From Candidatus Methanomethylicaceae archaeon (GTDB taxonomy: Archaea > Thermoproteota > Methanomethylicia > Methanomethylicales > Methanomethylicaceae), in contig JAOAJN010000003.1 of the NCBI GenBank assembly GCA_026414165.1, positions 579-64,578 of the forward strand: a stretch of DNA of 64,000 bases, written 5' to 3'. Numbering within the stretch: the stretch's first letter is position 1; every line of letters starts with the position of its first letter. Position numbers and translations under genes: made by a program. This document shows, in pieces, positions 49,947-60,350 of the stretch. The notes under the pieces are model-generated. The model was given only the letters and a program-made list of their open reading frames with translations. It made no database searches and had not been told where the DNA came from.

Positions 49947-50837
49947 ATGAGCAGAAGCTTTTACGTGGACGATTTATCGAAACATTTTGGAGGGTTTAAG
50001 AGGGAGTATTCAGAGTCGGACTTTGTGTTGTTTGGGGTGCCTTTTGATAGCACTTCGAGCTTCAGACCAGGATCAAGGTTTGGACCTGCAGCCATCAGAG
50101 AAGCGTCCGCAAATATTGAGACTTGGTCATGGAGAACAGGCATGGATTTCGAAGAGATCAAGCTCCATGATCTGGGAGATCTGGCTGTCGTGCATGGTGA
50201 CGCGGCGGAGACGATAAGGAGGGTGAGAGAGGCGGTGGAGGACATAATTCTGTCAAAAAAGATCCCTGTCATGCTTGGTGGGGAACATATAATAACGCTG
50301 GGTGCTTTAAGGGGGGTCAGGGACACAACAGTAGTATCATTTGACGCCCACTTTGATATGCGCGACGATTACCTCTCCAATAAACTCTCTCATGCCTGCG
50401 TTATGAGGAGGGCTTTAGACGAGTTAGGGGTCAAAAATGTCGTAATCGTCGGGACTAGAGCCTCTTATAGAGATGAGATCGAGTTTGTGAAGAAGAGCGG
50501 GGTGAACTACATCTCATCGCAACGGATATTGAATGGCGGGGCTAAGGAAGCAGGAGCGTGGTTGAAGGAGGTTCTCGCAGATTCTAAGAAGATCTATATC
50601 TCGGTGGACATGGATGTACTTGATCCTGCTTTTGCTCCAGGTGTGGGAAATCCAGAACCAGAGGGAGTCCCAACTTCAACTCTTTTGGACCTAATAGAGG
50701 AGGTAGTCGACGAGAGAATTGTAGGATTTGATGTTGTGGAAGTTTCCCCAGCATATGATAGTGGAGTAACAGCAGTAACCGCTTCCAAAATAGTATATGA
50801 ACTCTGCTGCATGGTAGCAAAGTCTATCGGGCTCTGA
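49947..50837 (+). CDS. speB: Agmatinase
   Basis: GVPFD.T.SFRPG.RFGP, GGEH, DAHFD, SHAC, DMDVLDP..APG. Confidence 0.92.
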   Translation: MSRSFYVDDLSKHFGGFKREYSESDFVLFGVPFDSTSSFRPGSRFGPAAIREASANIETWSWRTGMDFEEIKLHDLGDLAVVHGDAAETIRRVREAVEDIILSKKIPVMLGGEHIITLGALRGVRDTTVVSFDAHFDMRDDYLSNKLSHACVMRRALDELGVKNVVIVGTRASYRDEIEFVKKSGVNYISSQRILNGGAKEAGAWLKEVLADSKKIYISVDMDVLDPAFAPGVGNPEPEGVPTSTLLDLIEEVVDERIVGFDVVEVSPAYDSGVTAVTASKIVYELCCMVAKSIGL

Positions 50838-50970
50838 TCTCCCTTACGACCTGAGATCGAGCCTTATAGAGGATCCTATGTCCGCATGCAGGACACCGTA
50901 TGCCAGGGAGTGCCAAAAGTTCTTTACTATCAATAACTTTTCTGCATCTCTCACAAATGTACTGCGCCAT
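50824..50970 (-). CDS. rpoP: DNA-directed RNA polymerase subunit Rpo12 (P), 48 aa
   Basis: Not in ORF track: MAQYICERCRKVIDSKELLALPGIRCPACGHRILYKARSQVVREIRAR matches YxCxxC...IRCPxCGxRILYKxR. Confidence 0.88.
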   Translation of the reverse strand: MAQYICERCRKVIDSKELLALPGIRCPACGHRILYKARSQVVREIRAR

Positions 50971-51089
50971 AAAAATCACTCTTCTGAGATAAAATAGACT
51001 TGCTTAAATATATTTTGTGAAAATGCTTCAATTTTCATTCTTCATTAATAGATTTCGGTTTTCTAAGATAAAAATAGGCATTTGTTCAA

Positions 51090-51716
51090 CTTATTTGTAA
51101 AGGATATTGCCAAGATCCCAGAAGATAAGTATGACGGCGGCTAGAGCTATGAGGAGCAGACCTGTGGCAGATGCCTATGACAGGAACAGTTCCCACAATT
51201 GGGAGGTGCGTCATTGAGAGGATAATCTAAGCTATGAGAAAAAGGATTTCGAAAATTGTCCTCTTGATGAGAACCACATGATCCATTGTCCTCTTCTTAG
51301 ATCTTACACGGATTACCTTAATATAAGGTTCAAAAGGAATAGTATGTCTGCAAGTATTAGGGATATAATTATGCCTACCATGGCCAATATTGTGACGGTC
51401 CTAAGGTAACCAAAGGTATGTTTAGGATCGGGATTATGATATTTAGTTTCTGAAATTAAGGCACGATAAATCAAGCTTTTGGATGGTGATACATGGCTCC
51501 AATTCAACAATGTCTATTAGGTTGCCGAGAAGGTCATAAATATAATAAAGAAACCGCAGATCAGAAAATCATGGGCATAAAGTCAAAAGAGCGTGTTAGA
51601 AAGAACTTCCTGACTACCAGGCGCCCAATAGAATATGGTGGTCTTCTGAAAAGACTTGAAGAGTTTTAGGATCCAAGGATCTATGGTTAGGATATATCTA
51701 CAACCTGAGAATCCAT
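51090..51716 (-). pseudogene. Degraded membrane-protein gene(s), cation-efflux (CDF)-like remnant
   Basis: Fragment HNPDPKHTFGYLRTVTILA resembles CDF PDxxHPFGYxRxE; flanking hydrophobic fragments broken by stops and frameshifts. Confidence 0.4.
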
Positions 51717-51717
51717 A

Positions 51718-52329
51718 TTAAAATATTTGCATTCTGCGCATCATTTCGAGATCATCAAGTGTTATCTTAAATTCCAATAACGCATTCAACTGTTTTTGGA
51801 AAATTCTTGCAGCAATATAAGCGTCGCTTAGGGCGTTATGTCTTGATGTTCCTTCTATTTGATACTTATGGAGAAGATCCGAAAAATCGATAAAAGGAGT
51901 TACAGGTATGCCAGCCCTCAGTAAGATCAAACCCTCAATCTCTTTAATATCGAGATATTTAAGCTCAAATTTTTTGTGATGGTTTTTTTGTAATTTTTTA
52001 GCAGACTCCTTTAGAAAAGCGATGTCGAAAATTACGTTAAACCCAACAATTATCCTATTATTCAACATGCCGAAAATTTTCTCAAATATCATTTCGAATG
52101 TAGGGGCTTGATCCAAGTCACCTCGGCAGATCCCGTGTATTTTTATGGTTCTTTCATGAAACTTTTTCGGTTTGATTAGTGAGTAGAAAGACTTTCCAAA
52201 ATGAATTTGTAGTCCGGTCATTGGGATTATCGCTATCGATATGATTTCGTCCATTTTTACATCCAGTCCTGTTGTCTCAAGGTCCAATACGGCAAACTCA
52301 GTACTTTCCAACCCTAACTCTACTCCCAA
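51718..52329 (-). CDS. DnaQ-like DEDDh 3'-5' exonuclease
   Basis: LDLETTG, IHGI, FDIAFL, RHNALSDA. Confidence 0.9.
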   Translation of the reverse strand: MGVELGLESTEFAVLDLETTGLDVKMDEIISIAIIPMTGLQIHFGKSFYSLIKPKKFHERTIKIHGICRGDLDQAPTFEMIFEKIFGMLNNRIIVGFNVIFDIAFLKESAKKLQKNHHKKFELKYLDIKEIEGLILLRAGIPVTPFIDFSDLLHKYQIEGTSRHNALSDAYIAARIFQKQLNALLEFKITLDDLEMMRRMQIF

Positions 52330-52345
52330 TCCGATTCTTTTTCTA

Positions 52346-53992
52346 CTATCCCCATCCCAACAAATCTTTCATCCATAACTTGTACTCCATAACAACTTTA
52401 ATGATTTTTTTATAAATGATCCTATCCAATAGCTCTTTTTTGGTATCCGTCTTTATGCTCAATTCAACAGTTCTCAAGGTCAAATATGCCTCCGTCAAAT
52501 CTTCCGCTAATTCTTTTTTCATGATTCCGCGGGATTCGAAGACTTTTAGTCGCTCCCAAGTTGGTCTGGATACCGGATCTCCATAGATATAACCCGCTAC
52601 TTTGATCCCATTTGAAATTAGCTGCACAATACCTCTGTATTCTATTGTAGAATCTCCAAAAAGAGTTTTGACTTTGGCTAGGAACGTATTTTGTTTAGGA
52701 AGGTCTTTGAGTGCGTTCTTGAATTTTATGTACATAATACGATCCCCAAATATGAACCTCGCATCAAGAATTTCTAGTAGCTTAGAGAAAGGTAAGGAGT
52801 TCAAAAATTTACAGGGATCATCAAAGCAGAGTTGGACATTCCCAATTTGGAGGCCGCTATTAGACAAGATCTCGATGTAATTTGAAATAGTGCCTTTGAA
52901 TTTTTCATCGCCGATTATCAAGAGATCAATTGTGAGAGGAATATCAAATTCTCTTTTCCCGTAATCCCCAGTCAGCACAATAGCCATCCCAGAGCAAGGC
53001 TCAAATCTTGAGAGGGCTTTCCTTAAAACAGCGTCAACTATTGTTGTCACTAAATAGGATATAGATGGGTAGCTAAAGCCATAAGCAGAGGCGTTCTTTA
53101 TTAATGAGTTTATTCGAATCGATAGGTTCTTTAGCTCCTCCAAGTCCTTAGAGCGAATAATATCTTTTGATATTTTAAAAAAGTGGCTGCGAGATTCAAG
53201 ATTGTAGATTAAGTCTTTGATAGAGATTACGCCGACCAATTTTTCATTGTCTACCACGGCAAGATGATTAATTCCATGGGATAGGAATTTTAAATATGCA
53301 TCCATAATGGACTCTTCAGATTCGATCGTTATTACTGGGCGCGACATCACCCTTTCGACGGAGGTTGTAAGGGGGGTCTCCTTTTCTATCGAACGAAGTA
53401 TATCCGAGTGTGTAAGGATGCCGATGGGTCGCACCTCTGGGTCAACAACAATTACGCTGCCAACATCATTTCTATTCATGAGTTCGATTGTCTCTCTCAG
53501 AGTCTGGTCCTTAAAACAAAAGACAGGGCTCTTATTAATTACAATACTGACGCGTTTCTCGTAGATGCTAGATTCCGACATATCAGCCAATTTGAGGAGC
53601 GAAAGGAGCTTCCCAGAAATCAGTTTCTCAATAAATTCTTTGAACAGCAGGTTTTTCTGGAGTATCTTTTCTACCCTCGTGATGTCGAATTCAAAGATAA
53701 TGGAGTCCTCCAGCGCCCTCGCAGAGTGTTCGGTGGTAATTTTGGAGAGAGAGGTGCTCGCCTCGATTATTTCATCCTTTTCCGCAGTCCCCACAAGGTC
53801 AGAGTCGTCGAATAATCCGACTTTTCCTTCTCTTACGAAGTAAAATTTTTTTATCCTCTCATTTGACTCGAAGATCGCCTTTCCTTTCTTATAAAGAACC
53901 ACATCCATTCCGCTAAGGAGTTCCGACATTTCAGTCTCGGAGAGAAATGAAAATGGTTTTAATCTGGAAAGGTATTGGGCAGGGGGTAACAC
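52346..53992 (-). CDS. cNMP-binding + CBS + degenerate DUF294 nucleotidyltransferase protein
   Basis: PFSFL/cNMP N-terminus, CBS pair, GDYGKRE..LTIDL, DUF294_C-like TWERL. Confidence 0.8.
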   Translation of the reverse strand: MLPPAQYLSRLKPFSFLSETEMSELLSGMDVVLYKKGKAIFESNERIKKFYFVREGKVGLFDDSDLVGTAEKDEIIEASTSLSKITTEHSARALEDSIIFEFDITRVEKILQKNLLFKEFIEKLISGKLLSLLKLADMSESSIYEKRVSIVINKSPVFCFKDQTLRETIELMNRNDVGSVIVVDPEVRPIGILTHSDILRSIEKETPLTTSVERVMSRPVITIESEESIMDAYLKFLSHGINHLAVVDNEKLVGVISIKDLIYNLESRSHFFKISKDIIRSKDLEELKNLSIRINSLIKNASAYGFSYPSISYLVTTIVDAVLRKALSRFEPCSGMAIVLTGDYGKREFDIPLTIDLLIIGDEKFKGTISNYIEILSNSGLQIGNVQLCFDDPCKFLNSLPFSKLLEILDARFIFGDRIMYIKFKNALKDLPKQNTFLAKVKTLFGDSTIEYRGIVQLISNGIKVAGYIYGDPVSRPTWERLKVFESRGIMKKELAEDLTEAYLTLRTVELSIKTDTKKELLDRIIYKKIIKVVMEYKLWMKDLLGWG

Positions 53993-54005
53993 GCCACCAT
54001 CCTCA

Positions 54006-55379
54006 CTAAATGAAGGTTCTTTCGATGTAATCTTGAAAGAATTTTATGTTTTTTATTGCATTTTTAAGGAGATCTTTCTCAACAGATGTTAGGGATGAAA
54101 AATCCAGTAAGTGCTTAGAATCGAGTTGGCTTGAGATCTTGAATCGCATAATAATATTGTAGGTTTGCAAGAGTGTATGAGAAAGTTCGTCTGATATTAT
54201 TTTGTTTCTTCTTAATGACTCGATTCTATCAGTGGTGGAAGTGGACAAAATCTTGTTAGTAATCGCTAAAGCTCTAATAGGATATTCCAGAGGAGCGATT
54301 AATTTGGATTTAAGGTCGAAAGATTTAGGTAATCCGAATAGCAATTCGGGCGGGCGATAAATGAGGGACTGTACTAAGAGAAGTCTGTTTTTGTGAAGCT
54401 TATTCACCAACTTCTCCTTTATTCTTTCAAGCATCTCGCTGCTACCGAACAGGGCTCTAGCATCCGCAATGAGAGAGATCTTGACTGCAAACTTTTGGGG
54501 ATCATCCCCCCACATCTCAATTAGTTTTGAAAGCTCGTTGAATTCGAAGATAAAATTTCGAGCAGTGTAGCCATGTTGGCAGGGGGGAAGACCAGCCTCG
54601 TCTAGAGAATCTTCGAGCCGAGAGACGAACGATTTGATACTATTTTTATTTTGGAAGGTTGATTCTTTATAGATAGCCATAGTATCGCGATCAGTTAGCA
54701 GAAATTGCTCCCTTCTTCCCCAGCTACCTGTTGCGGCGTAAACCATACCCTCGGGAAGACCCCCTCTTATATCAACAATGGTCTTTAATGCCGTGTCGAC
54801 TACGCGACTAATAGTCTCGAAGAAGTATCCAGCTCTGCCTAACTCTGGCTTTTTGGAAAATTTTACTGCGTGTGTGATTAACTCACCCTTAAATTCAGAA
54901 ACTATGTTTTTTATCTCTTCAAGATCTTTTGCCTTCCTCAACTTTATTATGTAGTGCACATAAAAAGGGCTTAGACTGTAAGCGATGTCGCCTATGGTAA
55001 CCATGCTGATAGGCCTTTCAGATTCCATTACTATGGCGTGTTTAATTCTATGTTCAAGCATCTTAGATAGTACATCATAGAGGCTCTCATGGATGTCTGC
55101 GGTCACCAATGTTGCTACTCTTTTAGGCTTGTGCTTCAAAAACTCGTCGAGTTTCAGATTAACATCAATGCCGTCAGCAATGACTCTTCTGAGATCCGAG
55201 TCGGTAATAATCCCAACAGGGACGAGGTTTTCCATAATGACTACCGAGGAGACTCCCTCCCTATGCATCAACTCCGCTGCGTTCTTTATAGAGGCTTCCG
55301 AAGTTGTCCAGACGAGCTTGCGCCAAATTATTTTATCTAGTGTGTCTGCACTTTTGTCCAACTCATCTTCAAAATTCAT
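54006..55379 (-). CDS. CBS + DUF294 putative nucleotidyltransferase
   Basis: CBS pair, GSWGRREQFLLTDRD, G.PPC.HGYTA.N, DAR..G, FDLK, TTDRI. Confidence 0.85.
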   Translation of the reverse strand: MNFEDELDKSADTLDKIIWRKLVWTTSEASIKNAAELMHREGVSSVVIMENLVPVGIITDSDLRRVIADGIDVNLKLDEFLKHKPKRVATLVTADIHESLYDVLSKMLEHRIKHAIVMESERPISMVTIGDIAYSLSPFYVHYIIKLRKAKDLEEIKNIVSEFKGELITHAVKFSKKPELGRAGYFFETISRVVDTALKTIVDIRGGLPEGMVYAATGSWGRREQFLLTDRDTMAIYKESTFQNKNSIKSFVSRLEDSLDEAGLPPCQHGYTARNFIFEFNELSKLIEMWGDDPQKFAVKISLIADARALFGSSEMLERIKEKLVNKLHKNRLLLVQSLIYRPPELLFGLPKSFDLKSKLIAPLEYPIRALAITNKILSTSTTDRIESLRRNKIISDELSHTLLQTYNIIMRFKISSQLDSKHLLDFSSLTSVEKDLLKNAIKNIKFFQDYIERTFI

Positions 55380-55417
55380 TATTATCAACCTTAAATCTAC
55401 TTCAAAAAATTAAAAGA

Positions 55418-57187
55418 TTATTCGGGGGTCTTGAGTGCATCAATAAACCTGAGCACTTCAGGAGTGTTGGCTTTTCTGCCACCTGTTGCCAGCGTGACAG
55501 CAATGGTGATCATTATGTTGACCAAAAATGCGATCGTGCCCCACGCGATTGTCCCGATTTTGCTGCCGAAGATCATTATTGGGGGAGCGCCATATAGACC
55601 GACCCAGAGAACATACGGGAGTGCTGTGAACATTCCACATATCATCCCAGCAATCATTCCATATTTGTTAAGATCCTTCCAAAAGATACCTAGAATAACA
55701 ATGGGAGTGAATGAGGATGCTGCGAAGACAAACGCCCAGCCAACAAGCAAAGCTACATATGTGGAAAAAGTAGGATCATCCAGCGCCCTAGCACCAAATA
55801 TACTGGAAACTACTGATAGTACAACCAGCATGATTCTTCCAATCCATATCTCCCTCCTTTCAGAGGCGTTCGGGTTTATGAATCTCTTGTAAATGTCCCT
55901 TGTTGCGCCGACCGCCATAACCATAATAAGACCATTTGCCGTGCTCAATGCTGCAGCGAGACCTCCAATCGCAACAATCGTTGTGAAAAACCATGGAAGA
56001 CCGAACATGTCAGGCATGCCAACCACGACTATATCATTGTGAAACGAAAGCTCGAGGGGTTGCAGTAGACCGTCGCCATTTACGTCAACGACTTTAATCA
56101 GCCCGGTAGGGACCCACTTTTGTATCCAAGACAAGTTAATTACCTGATCTACTGGCATTCCCCACGCTCCTGAGAAGGCAGATCTTGCAAGCACGGCATA
56201 AACCGGGGCGGTAATATAAAGCAGTGCAATGAATGTGAGGCCCCATCCAACGCCATATCTTGCAGTTCTAACGTCCTTGACCAAATAGAACTGCGAGAGG
56301 ACGTGTGGTAGCCCTACAGTGCCCAGCATCAAACATAAAGCAGAGAGAATCCAATTTGCTTGCCCTGTGCCACCGCCAAAGACCCTGACAAAGGGTTCAG
56401 TGAACGTCTTCAAGTTGAAAAATGCCTCCTTAGCCTCCAATTTAGTCAGGAGTTCGCCGTAGCCTATATGCGGCCATGGATTGAAGATCCCAGCGACGTA
56501 AGCGGCCGCCATAAAGGCACACCAGTATGCGATTATGAGGATCCAATACTGTGCAACATTAACCCAGACTATAGATTTCCAGCCACCAGAGCCAGCAAAT
56601 GCTACTACTATTACGGAGGCGATTATGGCGCCGAGGATCGCTGGGAGACCCAAGAAGCGCCCTACAATAACCCCTGTAGCTACAAGCTGGGCGACAAGAT
56701 ATGTAAAAGAGACGATGAATAGCATTATTACACCTATGAGGCGAGCAATTGACCAGTAGCAGGCTCGGACTTCAATGAATTCGGGAATCGTGTATGTGCC
56801 AGATTTTCGTATGAATGGAGCGATCATAAATGCGGCAATGCAATAACCCAAAGTCCAGCCAATTATGTATGGTAAACCATCAAAGCCTAGCAAGGCTATC
56901 GCACCAGCCATTGAAACGAACGAAGCACCACTCATCCAGTTGGAGGCTATGGATGAGCCTATGGGTATTGCGCCAATACTCCTTCCTGCAACGTAGAATT
57001 CGCCAACATCCCGGGTTCTCATTATAAAGGCTATGAGAAGGTAGAGAAATAAAGATCCGAAGACTGCGACCCCCGAAGCTACGAAGGTATTGCCAAGCAA
57101 GGCGAGCACTATTATTAATAGCGCATATAATATGGAGAAGAGAATGATTGAAATTTTCCCATAAGAAAGATTCAACCCCTTAACCAC
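55418..57187 (-). CDS. actP: Cation/acetate symporter (ActP-like, SSS family)
   Basis: FYVAGR, WMSGASF, YTIPEF, GTVGLPH, AAALSTA.GL. Confidence 0.85.
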   Translation of the reverse strand: MVKGLNLSYGKISIILFSILYALLIIVLALLGNTFVASGVAVFGSLFLYLLIAFIMRTRDVGEFYVAGRSIGAIPIGSSIASNWMSGASFVSMAGAIALLGFDGLPYIIGWTLGYCIAAFMIAPFIRKSGTYTIPEFIEVRACYWSIARLIGVIMLFIVSFTYLVAQLVATGVIVGRFLGLPAILGAIIASVIVVAFAGSGGWKSIVWVNVAQYWILIIAYWCAFMAAAYVAGIFNPWPHIGYGELLTKLEAKEAFFNLKTFTEPFVRVFGGGTGQANWILSALCLMLGTVGLPHVLSQFYLVKDVRTARYGVGWGLTFIALLYITAPVYAVLARSAFSGAWGMPVDQVINLSWIQKWVPTGLIKVVDVNGDGLLQPLELSFHNDIVVVGMPDMFGLPWFFTTIVAIGGLAAALSTANGLIMVMAVGATRDIYKRFINPNASERREIWIGRIMLVVLSVVSSIFGARALDDPTFSTYVALLVGWAFVFAASSFTPIVILGIFWKDLNKYGMIAGMICGMFTALPYVLWVGLYGAPPIMIFGSKIGTIAWGTIAFLVNIMITIAVTLATGGRKANTPEVLRFIDALKTPE

Positions 57188-57530
57188 CTCCTGAATTCCG
57201 ACCTCCTTTAAGCATCTTGTCAGTTTTGTCCATCACTAATGCATATAGAAAGATGAGAACTACCCCGACAAGTATGGATAACAGAGCGGCGTTAAACCAG
57301 TGCAGCGGTATGCCGTTCAGGATCTTTATGGAGGAGGTCATTGATACAGGAATGTGAAGGAGTATCGCGGGAAAAATCCAAGCGGACATCCAAATTGCAG
57401 TTATCTTCTTTAATCGCATCCAGTACCTTTGGGAAATTCCATCTTCTGTCTTATTTTCAATAGGAGTTTCATTAGAAGAGTTTTTGTCAGAAATTTCGAT
57501 ATAGTCGACTCTCGAATTCATTTTTGGCAT
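57180..57530 (-). CDS. DUF4212/DUF485-type small membrane partner of ActP
   Basis: YW..., GIPLHW, two TMs, LYALVMDKTD; immediately upstream of the symporter. Confidence 0.75.
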   Translation of the reverse strand: MPKMNSRVDYIEISDKNSSNETPIENKTEDGISQRYWMRLKKITAIWMSAWIFPAILLHIPVSMTSSIKILNGIPLHWFNAALLSILVGVVLIFLYALVMDKTDKMLKGGRNSGGG

Positions 57531-57609
57531 AACGATCACCAATTTCTACAAAGCAATTTTTGAAAAAGAGATGGGCTTTGAGACGCCTATTAGAATAAAG
57601 TGGAAGACC

Positions 57610-59571
57610 TTAGGCTTCAACACCAATGCCTCTTTCCATCTCAAGTTTTAGTTCCTCGTACGCTCTTCTTGCTTCTTCGACGCTCGTCTCGTCCTCCAGT
57701 GTTGTTGTATCTCCTATACTCTTTTCTTCCACAACTGCCCCTATTATGCGTCTCATGATCTTGCCGCTTCTCGTCTTCGGCAGTTTGCTGACGAAGTATA
57801 TTGTCTGTGGTGCTGCAATTGGACCTATTGTCTCTCTTATGTGGTTTATGAGTTCTATTCTTAGCTGTGGTGAAGGGGAGTATCCAGGTCGAAGAACTAC
57901 AAAAGCAATGGGAACCTGCATTTTTACTGGATCTGATTTGCCAATAACTGCTGATTCAGCGACTGCAGGATGCGAGATGAGAGCGTCCTCCAATTCTATA
58001 GTTCCGATCCTGTGTCCTGCCACCTTGAGAACCTCATCTGCCCTACCCAATAGCCAGAAGTAGCCATCTTCGTCTTTGACGGCGAAGTCCCCTGTGTAGT
58101 AGACTCCAGGGAATCGTGAGTAGTAAGATCTCTTGAAACGCTCCGGGTTCCCCCAGAGGGTTATTAATGTGCCAGGCCAAGGTTTTTTGATCACCAGCAG
58201 ACCTTTTTCATCAGGTCTTGCACTTCTTCCATCTTCTGTGTAGACATCTGCATCGACTCCTGGAAGTGGAAATGTAGCAGATCCAGGTTTGAGTGGGACA
58301 AGGGCCAGACCTGGCTGTGGAGAGATCATAATTCCGCCAGTCTCCGTCTGCCACCAAGTATCCACTATTGGTGCTTTTTCGTTTCCTATGTGCTTGTAGT
58401 ACCAATTCCAGGCTTCAGGGTTTATTGGCTCGCCCACAGTGCCAAGTATCCTCAAGCATGAAATATTGTGCTTCTTAGCCCATTCTTCTCCGTTCTTCAT
58501 GTGCATCCTTATAGCAGTGGGGGAAGTGTATAGAATTGTAATGCCGTACCTCTCAATCATGCTCCACCATCTGTCGGGCTGGGGAAAGTCAGGAGCGCCT
58601 TCGTAAAGGAATGAAGTGGCACCCGTCAGCAACGGCCCGTATACGACATATGTGTGACCAGTTATCCAGCCAATGTCTGCAGTGCACCAGTATATGTCCT
58701 TGTCATTTATGTCAAACACGACCCTCTGTGTGAAGTTGGCCCATACCATATACCCTCCAGTCCCATGTGTGACCCCTTTTGGTTTTCCGGTTGTTCCAGA
58801 GGTATAGAGGATAAAACTAGGGTGAATGCCATCAAGTCTTTCGGGCTCAACATAAGAGTCCGAGAAACTAACGAGTTCGTGATACCAGTAGTCCCTATCC
58901 TCAATCATGTTGACGTTGTTATTTGCCCTCTTTATGACCAAAACTTTTTCAACAGTCGTTGTATGTTTAAGGGCTTCGTCAACTACCCTTTTGACATCAA
59001 AGAGGCGCCCCCTCCGGAAGGTCCCATCAGCTGTGACTACAACCTTGCTTTGAGAGTCGTTAATTCGTTCTGCAAGTGCATATGCCGCAAAGCCTCCAAA
59101 GACTACAGAATGAATTGCCCCTATTCTGACCGCAGCTAGCATGCTTATCGGTAATTCAGGCACCATGGGGAGGTAGATCGTTATTCTGTCTCCTTTTTTT
59201 ATGCCAATATCTTTCAGAAGGGAGGCAAACCGATTGACTTCTTTATAAAGATCATAGTATGTGAGTGTTTGTCTCTCTCCATTTTCCCCTTCCCAGTAGT
59301 AGGCGACCTTGTTTTTCCTCCAACTATCCACATGTCGGTCAAGTGCATTGTAGGAGATGTTAGTCTTCCAGTGGGAGAACCAAGCAGCGTATGGAGGCTC
59401 AGGGAGGGGATCGTATGCGGGACCATTCTTCTCATACCAAAAGAGCTCTTCAGCCATCTTTCTCCAAAAAGACTCGGGGTCTTCTAAGCTCTGCCTATAA
59501 ATGGCCTTGAGGACGTTTATGTCAGGATGTATATTTTTAGAGGTCGGGAGAACCTTCAGGAGCTGCTCCAA
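57610..59571 (-). CDS. acs: Acetyl-CoA synthetase (AMP-forming)
   Basis: YTSGTTGKPKG, CTADIGWITGH, DTWWQTETG, PKTRSGKIMRR. Confidence 0.97.
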   Translation of the reverse strand: MEQLLKVLPTSKNIHPDINVLKAIYRQSLEDPESFWRKMAEELFWYEKNGPAYDPLPEPPYAAWFSHWKTNISYNALDRHVDSWRKNKVAYYWEGENGERQTLTYYDLYKEVNRFASLLKDIGIKKGDRITIYLPMVPELPISMLAAVRIGAIHSVVFGGFAAYALAERINDSQSKVVVTADGTFRRGRLFDVKRVVDEALKHTTTVEKVLVIKRANNNVNMIEDRDYWYHELVSFSDSYVEPERLDGIHPSFILYTSGTTGKPKGVTHGTGGYMVWANFTQRVVFDINDKDIYWCTADIGWITGHTYVVYGPLLTGATSFLYEGAPDFPQPDRWWSMIERYGITILYTSPTAIRMHMKNGEEWAKKHNISCLRILGTVGEPINPEAWNWYYKHIGNEKAPIVDTWWQTETGGIMISPQPGLALVPLKPGSATFPLPGVDADVYTEDGRSARPDEKGLLVIKKPWPGTLITLWGNPERFKRSYYSRFPGVYYTGDFAVKDEDGYFWLLGRADEVLKVAGHRIGTIELEDALISHPAVAESAVIGKSDPVKMQVPIAFVVLRPGYSPSPQLRIELINHIRETIGPIAAPQTIYFVSKLPKTRSGKIMRRIIGAVVEEKSIGDTTTLEDETSVEEARRAYEELKLEMERGIGVEA

Positions 59572-60350
59572 TTAAATCCCCCCAATTTTACAATTTGATA
59601 ATTTAAACTTTCTATTTGTAATGGTTTCAATTGATGTTCGACAATTAAAGGTTGGCATAGGCAAAATCTTCTATCATAAGCGATATATAAAAGTTGTTAA
59701 TAATTATAATTATTTATAATTATAGATTGAGGCGAGTATGTAATAAGTTTTGATCATGCCGAAGTGAGAGGCGAATGATAATAGAAAATAAGGATTATGT
59801 TGCAGGGATATAAGCATAAAAAATATGAAAATTGGATGCGGTGCCAGAAAAAGACTGAAATCGTAGGATACTTTCCTATCCTGCGTTGGATTTAATGGTG
59901 TTACTCGAGTCACCGAAAATCCTTGAAAAAATGAAGCTTATTTGGCTTTATGGGTTGGGATAGGAAAAATCAATTCCCTGTATACGATTTACTATTCGAT
60001 TTATCTTATTCGTGGGGAGAATTTTTATTGCGAAAATGGCAAATTTAACAACATTAGAAGCATAGTTAAAGATTTTATCGTAAGAAAAATAAGTAAACAA
60101 GAAAAAAGAACGCGCCCTCGTAGGAGCTTTCACAACTTCAGGAGTAAAGATCACCACGGCTAATCTTGGCTAAGGAAAGTTAATGGTTATTAAAGATGAA
60201 GACGACAATATGCTATTCGAGATCTCAGATTTTAGGGCGGCTATCGGTAATGTGGTACAAGAACTTAAGAAGATGGCAGACATTATATGCAAGGAAGACA
60301 ACGGAAAAGGTGTGAGTGGTGCTGAATAGCCTTTTGGGGGGTTTAACTAA

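Noticed and set aside
26500-50970. Genome-wide TAG-to-pyrrolysine recoding
   Set aside because: TAG ends conserved proteins at their expected C-termini (ahcY, rpoP, MtaA), and no intact conserved gene here has an internal TAG
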